DNA of 25,782 nt from a virus (lineage: Duplodnaviria > Caudoviricetes): IMG/VR virus record IMGVR_UViG_3300028414_000055, positions 1-25,782 of that record; one strand, written 5' to 3'. Below the pieces are notes generated by a model, which worked only from the letters and a program-made list of their open reading frames with translations, was not told where the DNA came from and made no database searches. The translations under genes and the position numbers were made by a program. Shown here in pieces: positions 9,098 through 15,694 of the stretch. Each line of letters starts with the position of its first letter. Within the stretch, counting starts at the first letter, position 1.

Positions 9098-10525
9098 ATG
9101 GATAAATTTACTAGAAATAAATGGCAAAAGGGCTACAGATCACACCAATACGGTGACCCAACATATATTAGCTTCTTTTTAATGTTTGATTGGGGAGAAT
9201 CTCCTCTTTTTAACGGAGTAGCCGAAGATTTTTTAAGAAATGTTTTATTCGAACCGGAAAGAGCTGATAAACTTGTAAGGTTTACAAAACTTCTACAAAA
9301 ATTGAATAGAGAAATGCCTTGGTATTTTTATGAAATAGAGGGTTTTGAAAATGTTTATAAATTTGAAAATTTAAAAGAAGCATATAGAGGTACTGACGAC
9401 GGTATAAAAATAAAAACCATAGAAACTTTAGATTTAATGGTTGCTGGTTTAATGGATATGTATAGAGATGTTGCATTTGATATGGATAGGTGGTGCGAAG
9501 TTTTACCACATAATATGACTTATTTTAGTCTTACCATAATTGTTTCAGAATGTAGAACTATTGCTAATAGAAAGTTAAATACTAATAAAAATCAAACTAA
9601 TGATTTTCAAAATGAAGAAAGAGAGTATACTGTAATAAATCAAGATATTGCATATAGTGCAAAATCACATTTTGCTGTTAAATTAGGAAAATGTTCTTTT
9701 CATACAGATTCAGGAGTTGGTATATTTGGAGGATTATCGACTTCAGAGCCTAAAATTGCAGAAAATCAAATTCAAATTAAGTATCAAACAGTAAAGTATT
9801 ACAGTAAACAATACTTGAATGAATTTGAGGGTACTTTAGCTGAAAATAAACTATCTGAAGTTGGAAGTAATACTCCTAATACTGCAGGAAATGATGAAAA
9901 TACTACAACGCCTTCAAGTGAGGGTGATAAAAGAAGTGGCAAAGAAGAATCTAATACTAAATCTAATAATGATACGACCAATGTTACTTTTACCGGTAAA
10001 ACTGTAGAAAAGGTTGAAGGTTTTGAACAGCAGCCGCTTGAAGAAGTTTTAAGTACCGAAAGAATAGACGGTTTTGAACAGCAGCCACTTGAAGAAGTTT
10101 TAAGTACCGAAAGAATAGACGGTTTTGGAGAAAATCAAAACACAGAAAACCCCATTGAATTTGGTAGTCCAGGAAGATTAGGAGAAAACTTACTTGCTGA
10201 TGCATTAGCAGAACTTGAAGGTGCTGGACAGCGTTTAAAACAAGATACTTTAGCAAAACTTCTTTTAGGAAACGTATATGGTTTAAATGCTGCTTCTAAT
10301 ATACAAGATGCTCTTGCTGCTGGAAGTTTAAACGGACTTAGAAATTTAGCAGTAAAAACTGCACAGGCATTAACAGACGATTCATCTCAAAATTCTAATA
10401 TCGGTGCAAGTGTTGGAGATAATGTATTTCCGGAATCAATTCCTGAAGTTCCACTTAAACCTACTAACAATATTCAATCACCTCCACCTGAAAAGGATTC
10501 TAATTTAGGAAACATACATGGATAA
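9098..10525 (+). CDS. Virion/baseplate protein, possible second tube-fold (gp54/gp19-like) domain plus low-complexity C-terminal half
   Basis: Position in the baseplate module. The N-terminal ~240 aa look globular (PWYFYEIEG...IKIKTIETLDL...MYRDVAFD); the C-terminus is N/S/T/E-rich with a tandem repeat. Confidence 0.4.
   Translation: MDKFTRNKWQKGYRSHQYGDPTYISFFLMFDWGESPLFNGVAEDFLRNVLFEPERADKLVRFTKLLQKLNREMPWYFYEIEGFENVYKFENLKEAYRGTDDGIKIKTIETLDLMVAGLMDMYRDVAFDMDRWCEVLPHNMTYFSLTIIVSECRTIANRKLNTNKNQTNDFQNEEREYTVINQDIAYSAKSHFAVKLGKCSFHTDSGVGIFGGLSTSEPKIAENQIQIKYQTVKYYSKQYLNEFEGTLAENKLSEVGSNTPNTAGNDENTTTPSSEGDKRSGKEESNTKSNNDTTNVTFTGKTVEKVEGFEQQPLEEVLSTERIDGFEQQPLEEVLSTERIDGFGENQNTENPIEFGSPGRLGENLLADALAELEGAGQRLKQDTLAKLLLGNVYGLNAASNIQDALAAGSLNGLRNLAVKTAQALTDDSSQNSNIGASVGDNVFPESIPEVPLKPTNNIQSPPPEKDSNLGNIHG
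10019..10127 (+). repeat. 51-bp in-frame tandem repeat, 2 copies plus a 7-bp partial (GFEQQPLEEVLSTERID x2)
   Basis: 10019-10069 and 10070-10120 are identical except for one synonymous change (ccg/cca); ggttttg follows. Confidence 0.97.
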
Positions 10526-10670
10526 AGACACTGAAGCAAGAATAAAAGAAATTTGCGAACATATCATAAATGGTGAATTTGAAAGACTCCGTGAACCTGA
10601 ATATTTACAATTTTATTTAAACTATAGTACTGAGATAGAAGATGCTCTCAAGAATTGGTCTAAAAAATAA
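10518..10670 (+). CDS. Small hypothetical protein (50 aa) missing from the ORF track
   Basis: MDKDTEARIKEICEHIINGEFERLREPEYLQFYLNYSTEIEDALKNWSKK*. It fills the gap exactly, and its ATG overlaps the upstream stop as ATGGATAA, the same 8-nt overlap type as at 360 and 3038. Confidence 0.7.
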   Translation: MDKDTEARIKEICEHIINGEFERLREPEYLQFYLNYSTEIEDALKNWSKK

Positions 10671-10678
10671 GATAAATA
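10660..10678 (+). promoter_or_regulatory. 19-nt element CTAAAAAATAAGATAAATA, 4 nt upstream of the spike ATG (copy 1)
   Basis: Exact match to 15304-15322 with the same spacing to ATGGA. Confidence 0.6.
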
Positions 10679-10682
10679 TAAT

Positions 10683-11366
10683 ATGGATTCTAAAGAATTA
10701 AATATAGATAATTTAAGAGATAGTCACTGGATAGGTGAGGTTGTAGATAATTCTGACCCTTTATTAGATGGTAGATGTAGAGTAAGGGTATTTGGAAAAT
10801 TTGATAATATTCCTACAAGCTCTATTCCTTGGGCAACGCCTTCAAATAGAAATACACCAGGAGCCCATGCAGTTCCTAGAGTTGGTGATATTGTTGCTAT
10901 TAATTTTGATAATGGAGATATTTACCACCCTGAATATATTTACCATGTTAATCAAAATTCTGATTTTAAATCTGATATTTTATCAGAAAGTGGAGCTCCT
11001 CAAAATTGTATATCTTTAGTATATGATGCTGTCAGAAATTTAAGAGCGTACTACAGTCCTGAAAAAGGATTCATAGTAACTACAGGGGCCGGTGCTGAAG
11101 AATCTCCTTTAATTCAACTAGACTCTGAAAATAGAATTTATCTTTTTACGGAAAATGAAGTTGAAGTAAAAGCCCCAAGGGTATATGTAAACAGTCCTAA
11201 TATAGAATTAGGAGAAGCTGCTGCAGAACAAGTAATTAAAGGAAATACATTCCAAGCGCTGTTTAATGCACATACACATGGTAGTGCATCACCAGGAACC
11301 CCAACAACACCTCCAATTGTATTATTAAATGGAGCAGAATTAAGTCAAGTCACTAAAACACAATAG
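10683..11366 (+). CDS. Baseplate central spike: gp5 N-terminal OB-fold plus short beta-helix and HxH apex (gpV-like), no lysozyme domain
   Basis: WIGEVVDNSDPLLDGRCRVRVFG...IPWATP...VPRVGDIVAINFDNGDIYHPEY is the Gp5_OB signature; C-terminal FNAHTHG is the metal-binding tip motif. Confidence 0.88.
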   Translation: MDSKELNIDNLRDSHWIGEVVDNSDPLLDGRCRVRVFGKFDNIPTSSIPWATPSNRNTPGAHAVPRVGDIVAINFDNGDIYHPEYIYHVNQNSDFKSDILSESGAPQNCISLVYDAVRNLRAYYSPEKGFIVTTGAGAEESPLIQLDSENRIYLFTENEVEVKAPRVYVNSPNIELGEAAAEQVIKGNTFQALFNAHTHGSASPGTPTTPPIVLLNGAELSQVTKTQ

Positions 11367-11367
11367 T

Positions 11368-11847
11368 ATGTTAAATAAAAACGGATTAAAATCTAAAATA
11401 GAAAAAAGAATTAAAGAGTTAGAAGAGCCACTTGCTAAAAAGCTTGCAGGTGGAGATAGTAAAGTAAGAGTATCTAACTTTGTAACAGATGCATTCGATA
11501 CTGAAGATTTAGTTATGCCACCTGCTGGTTTATACAAAGCTCAGAAAAATATTGATAAATGGTATCAAGATAATTTAGAGCCTCCAGGAATAGATCAGAA
11601 CAGTTTTAAAAAGAAGCAGTGGAAAAACTTTGCAGATGAAGTATCGGGACAAATATCAAAAGAGTTAATTGATGTCTTATCAAAAGAACTTTCTAAAATT
11701 ATAGCCGAAGAGATAGATGCTTATGTAAAAGATGCAGATATAAAATTGACAATACCTCCAGGGTTTTTACAATTGCAGAGTCCAGCAGGTCCAGCTACAA
11801 ATGCAGCACCAATTACACTTAACCCATTGAACTTTTCGTTTAAATAA
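11368..11847 (+). CDS. Hypothetical virion protein (159 aa), probably spike-associated
   Basis: Starts 1 nt after the spike stop; helical region followed by EIDAYVKDADIKLTIPPG...SPAGPAT. Confidence 0.6.
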   Translation: MLNKNGLKSKIEKRIKELEEPLAKKLAGGDSKVRVSNFVTDAFDTEDLVMPPAGLYKAQKNIDKWYQDNLEPPGIDQNSFKKKQWKNFADEVSGQISKELIDVLSKELSKIIAEEIDAYVKDADIKLTIPPGFLQLQSPAGPATNAAPITLNPLNFSFK

Positions 11848-11853
11848 TTAAAA

Positions 11854-11863
11854 GAATATATAA
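11854..11863 (+). promoter_or_regulatory. Putative late promoter (GAATATATAA) upstream of the S1-like gene
   Basis: RATAWATA core in the 38-nt intergenic gap, followed by the A-rich leader ttaaaccttaaaaatataacaaATG. Confidence 0.4.
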
Positions 11864-11885
11864 TTAAACCTTAAAAATATAACAA

Positions 11886-13091
11886 ATGATTAACAAATCT
11901 GACGCCGATTGGTTTGATGCCGACGGTAACTTTGATTGGGATGGCTATGAAGCCACTTGCCCATCAGCAATTAGGAAGGGAAATCCTCACATTAAAACAA
12001 ACGATCCAAAACACAAAGTATTTTGTAGAGAAAGCTACGCACAGGAGCTTTATGATAAGTACAACAAACATGATGAAGACTCAAATACTTTGTCAAAAGT
12101 TGAACACGGCGTTCAATACACCGGTACTGTTTATTCTACTAAAGGCAGTACATCTACTGTCGATATTGGATATAGACAACTTGTCTTTATTAATCTACAA
12201 AAAGAAGACCCTGCATTTAGAGAATTAGGAAAAACAATAGGCTCTGAAGTAGACGTTACAATTACTTCTGACCCTTTTGATGATTCAGTATCTCTATACG
12301 GTTCATTAACTGAAGGAGCTAGAAAAAAGACATTCACTGAAATGCAAGCTGCTATCGAAACACAAGATACAGCATGGAGTGGTAATGTTACTAAAATGAT
12401 GCAAGAAGCAGGATATATTGTTCGTGTAAATGGAATTGATTGCTTTATGCCGGGTAGTTTAGCTGGTATTAATAAACTACATGATTTCTCTAGTATTATA
12501 GACACTGACATGTATGTTGTTCCAGTAAGTTTTTCTAAAGAAAAAGGAACTATTGTAGTTTCACATAGAGCTTATTTAAAGACTATGATTCCAGGTACTA
12601 TTGATAAACTTAAAGAAAATTTAACTCAAGAAATTACTGGTACCGTTACAGGTTCAGCCAAGTATGGAGTATTCTGTGAATTTAATGAATGCTTAACTGG
12701 TATGATTCATGTAAATGATTTAGATTCTGATTTGTTAGTAAGACATAAGAATAGAGAAATAGTTCCAGGAGAAGAGATTACATTTAGAATCAAAGATATT
12801 ATTTCAAATGATAAAATAACTCTTACTCAAAAAGATGAGGTTGCTGCAAATCCTTGGTTAAAAATCAATGAGAAGTTTAAACCTAATTCTGATGTTTTAG
12901 CAACTGTAAAATCATGTAAAGATTATGGATTGTTTATTGAAATAGCGGAAGGTATTGTTGGCTTATTACATGTAAGTGAATTTGAAAATACAGAAGCTTT
13001 AAAATCGTATAAACCTAAGCATAAAATAAACGTTACAATAACTAGAATAGAGGAAGATACAAAGAAAGTTTTCTTAAAACTTGCTGAGTAA
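11886..13091 (+). CDS. rpsA: Phage-encoded ribosomal protein S1 homologue (four S1/OB domains)
   Basis: NFDWDGYE N-terminus; D1 GTV...VDIGY; D2 GYIVRVNGIDCFMPGS...IVVSHRAYL; D3 GTVTGSAKYGVFCE...GMIHVNDL; linker NPW; D4 DYGLFIEIAEGIVGLLHVSEF. Collinear with bS1 domains 1-4. Confidence 0.9.
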   Translation: MINKSDADWFDADGNFDWDGYEATCPSAIRKGNPHIKTNDPKHKVFCRESYAQELYDKYNKHDEDSNTLSKVEHGVQYTGTVYSTKGSTSTVDIGYRQLVFINLQKEDPAFRELGKTIGSEVDVTITSDPFDDSVSLYGSLTEGARKKTFTEMQAAIETQDTAWSGNVTKMMQEAGYIVRVNGIDCFMPGSLAGINKLHDFSSIIDTDMYVVPVSFSKEKGTIVVSHRAYLKTMIPGTIDKLKENLTQEITGTVTGSAKYGVFCEFNECLTGMIHVNDLDSDLLVRHKNREIVPGEEITFRIKDIISNDKITLTQKDEVAANPWLKINEKFKPNSDVLATVKSCKDYGLFIEIAEGIVGLLHVSEFENTEALKSYKPKHKINVTITRIEEDTKKVFLKLAE

Positions 13092-13121
13092 AATCTATTT
13101 TTAGATTATTAGATTATACGT

Positions 13122-13130
13122 GATATATAA
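13122..13130 (+). promoter_or_regulatory. Putative late promoter (GATATATAA) upstream of the amidoligase gene
   Basis: Same 9-mer as 4769-4777; intergenic. Confidence 0.5.
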
Positions 13131-13148
13131 AGAAAGTAAATTTATCAC

Positions 13149-14462
13149 ATGCTCACGTATCAAATTATTAATGACGATAGAAAAGAAGACATTCTAGAAA
13201 TGGGGCTAGTTGGAGTAGAATTCGAATTTTACTCCAACAAGTCTTTAGAAGATACTAGAAAAGAAATAGCATCTCTTTTAGGTAAAAAGGTTAGGTTAGA
13301 AGATAAAGCGCATAGTGACTTCCAACCAACTAAAAAAGAGTTTAAATTAGAACCTGACATGTCAGGTGGTAAAGGCTTGGTCGAATTAGTTACTGGAGCC
13401 ATACCTTATAACGATGCTAGAAAGATGATTATCGACATGTTAGCATGGATCGATAAGAATGGATATACTACTGAAAAGTCATCAATACACTTAAATGTAA
13501 GTTTTGATTCTGACAAAGTAGAGTACCCTGAATTTATTCAAAGAATGGATGCTTTAAAGTTTATATTAGACTTTAACGAGGCTGAAGTTTACAAAATGTT
13601 TCCAAATAGAGAAAATAGTGTATACGCAAAATCAATTAAGTGGGTAGTACCTAAATTAGAATCTACTTATTTTAATGGACAGCATATTAACCCAATGTCA
13701 TTTGACTTTCCTAATGAAAAGTATTATGGAGTAAACTTTGAAAAATTACAAAAAGGATATTTAGAGTTTAGATATATTGGCGGTAAAGATTATCAAAAGA
13801 AGACTTCAAATATTCTTTATTTATTAGAAAGATTTTTATTTCAATTATGGAATACTGCAAAAAGTAAATCATACACTCAATTAAATCTTTTAGAATTAAA
13901 GAGAATATTGAATAAAAACAATCCATATATTTCAGTACTTAAAGACCATACAAGGTTTAAAGAGTTTTTTCCAGAAATAGAGTTAACCGTTGATTTAAAG
14001 AAATCTGATAAAATCATATCTCTTTATTGGGACAAGATTAAGTTTAGTGTAGTTAAGTTAATCAGCCATGGCTCTTTGTCGAAAGGTTATATTAACTATG
14101 ATAGCGACATTGGAAGAGTTCAGGTTAAAGAAGGTGAACTATCGAATTGTTTCGATTTGAATAATTACGACTTTATAGACTGCAAGATATCTGGAACTTT
14201 TTCTTTTTGTGATATATTTAGATCTGAAATAAAAGATGCTAATATGTTAAGGTGTAACCTTTATCAAAACACTATGGTTTCAGGTTCTAAAGTAGAATCT
14301 TGTTATGTTAGTAGAGAATGTGAACTTACAAACTGTTATGTTTTCCAATGGGATTCAATATTTAAAGGAAGAATGATTGGTGGTATATTTAGACATGGCA
14401 AAATAAGCAAGTCTGCAGAGTTTGATAAAACTGAAATAATAAATAGTAAAAAAATAGATTAA
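13149..14462 (+). CDS. Putative amidoligase (COOH-NH2 ligase, Amidoligase_2-like) with a C-terminal beta-helix
   Basis: Ordered motifs GVEFEF, EPDMS, ELVTG, SSIHLNVS, KYYGVNF and YLEFRYIGG; the last ~110 aa are short Cys/Ile-periodic repeats. Confidence 0.8.
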   Translation: MLTYQIINDDRKEDILEMGLVGVEFEFYSNKSLEDTRKEIASLLGKKVRLEDKAHSDFQPTKKEFKLEPDMSGGKGLVELVTGAIPYNDARKMIIDMLAWIDKNGYTTEKSSIHLNVSFDSDKVEYPEFIQRMDALKFILDFNEAEVYKMFPNRENSVYAKSIKWVVPKLESTYFNGQHINPMSFDFPNEKYYGVNFEKLQKGYLEFRYIGGKDYQKKTSNILYLLERFLFQLWNTAKSKSYTQLNLLELKRILNKNNPYISVLKDHTRFKEFFPEIELTVDLKKSDKIISLYWDKIKFSVVKLISHGSLSKGYINYDSDIGRVQVKEGELSNCFDLNNYDFIDCKISGTFSFCDIFRSEIKDANMLRCNLYQNTMVSGSKVESCYVSRECELTNCYVFQWDSIFKGRMIGGIFRHGKISKSAEFDKTEIINSKKID

Positions 14463-14464
14463 AA

Positions 14465-15307
14465 ATGGCAAAAATAAGAACAGGAGAACCCTTAGATTTT
14501 CAAAATGAAAGAGACTATGGTGCAGAATGTCTAGCTGCTTTTTTAGCAGAAATTGGTTCAGAAATTACAGGTGCATGTATGGTACCTTTAAATTTACCAG
14601 AGCCTGAAGTTAAAAATATAACTAAAAGGGCTATTAAGTGGTTTAGAAAAAATTACGAATATAGTTTAAGACAAAACTATTATCATGTTCCTTCTGAAGT
14701 TTTTTCATCTGATTATTTTAAAGATAACAGATCAGTAAATTTTGGACCACAGGAACTTGATGGTTCTGGTGAAGTTTTTTCTATTTATGGAGTTTACGAT
14801 TTAGCATCTGGTTGGAATTCAGGAGCGTCTGGTTTTGACTTAAGATTTACTGAAGGGAATGACTTCGCTATTGATAAAATGTTATTTAGAAATGCATTTG
14901 AAGGTTCAGGTGCTTCAGAGTCTGCTGAAGAGTTACAATACTATGTAATTAACCAAAGTTACTTTGATATGGCTAGACAAATATTAGAGAATCCTTTAAG
15001 TTTCCATTATTCACAATTAACTGGTGAATTGAAATTTATGGGAGATACTCCTAAAGGTGATGTTATTTTAGAGCTTTACGAAAGTATTCCTGATTGTGCA
15101 TTGTATAATGATGAAATCTTTTTTAGATATGTTGCAGCTAAAGTAAAAGTTGCAATTGGTTCTAAATTATCAGTGTTTAAGTTTTCTCTACCAGGTGGAG
15201 TTGAAATAGACTATGATGGTATTTTATCAATGGGACAAGAAGAACTGGAAGGTGTTAAAGAAGAAATAAAAGGAGATGAAGGAGTAGATTGGATGTTTCA
15301 CTCCTAA
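14465..15307 (+). CDS. Neck / head-tail adaptor protein (T4 gp13-like)
   Basis: N-terminal LNLPEPEVKNITKRAIKWF...Y and C-terminal FSLPGGVEIDYDGILSMGQEELEGVKEEI match the gp13 pattern LPGGV...G..E...L.EE. Confidence 0.75.
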   Translation: MAKIRTGEPLDFQNERDYGAECLAAFLAEIGSEITGACMVPLNLPEPEVKNITKRAIKWFRKNYEYSLRQNYYHVPSEVFSSDYFKDNRSVNFGPQELDGSGEVFSIYGVYDLASGWNSGASGFDLRFTEGNDFAIDKMLFRNAFEGSGASESAEELQYYVINQSYFDMARQILENPLSFHYSQLTGELKFMGDTPKGDVILELYESIPDCALYNDEIFFRYVAAKVKVAIGSKLSVFKFSLPGGVEIDYDGILSMGQEELEGVKEEIKGDEGVDWMFHS

Positions 15308-15322
15308 AAAATAAGATAAATA
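15304..15322 (+). promoter_or_regulatory. 19-nt element CTAAAAAATAAGATAAATA, 4 nt upstream of the gp25 ATG (copy 2)
   Basis: Exact match to 10660-10678. Confidence 0.6.
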
Positions 15323-15326
15323 ATCT

Positions 15327-15683
15327 ATGGAATTATATGTTAAAACGATAGAAGACCCAAATCACAATGTAAATACGGTTCATATTGAGAATGAGATATC
15401 ACAACTTATTACTCAAATTGAGACTATGCTTTTTACAGATAAGGGTACCGTTTTAGGAGAACCTGGATTTGGTGCAAGTTTAGAAACTTTAATATATGAA
15501 CTGAATGCAAATGAAGAGCAAGTTAAAGGACTTGTTAAGGAGCAAATAGACATGTATATCCCTTTAGCACAAAAGTATGATACTAGAGTAGATATTACTT
15601 TTCAAAGAGGAGAAATAAGAGATATTGCAAACTTAAATGTAATAATTGACTCTCAATATTTAGTTGGGGTCAGGATAGAATAA
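15327..15683 (+). CDS. Baseplate wedge / sheath initiator (gp25/gpW-like)
   Basis: IETMLFTDKGTVLGEPGFGASLETLIYE...IDMYIP is the GPW_gp25 signature; 118 aa. Confidence 0.88.
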   Translation: MELYVKTIEDPNHNVNTVHIENEISQLITQIETMLFTDKGTVLGEPGFGASLETLIYELNANEEQVKGLVKEQIDMYIPLAQKYDTRVDITFQRGEIRDIANLNVIIDSQYLVGVRIE

Positions 15684-15694
15684 TAAATAAAAAA

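Noticed and set aside
10019-10127. 51-bp repeat as a CRISPR array
   Set aside because: Units are contiguous with no spacers, in frame within a CDS, and no cas genes are present.
11886-13091. Host chromosomal rpsA (prophage boundary or chimera)
   Set aside because: It has only four domains, is strongly diverged, lacks ribosomal or cmk context, and shares strand and composition with phage genes on both sides.
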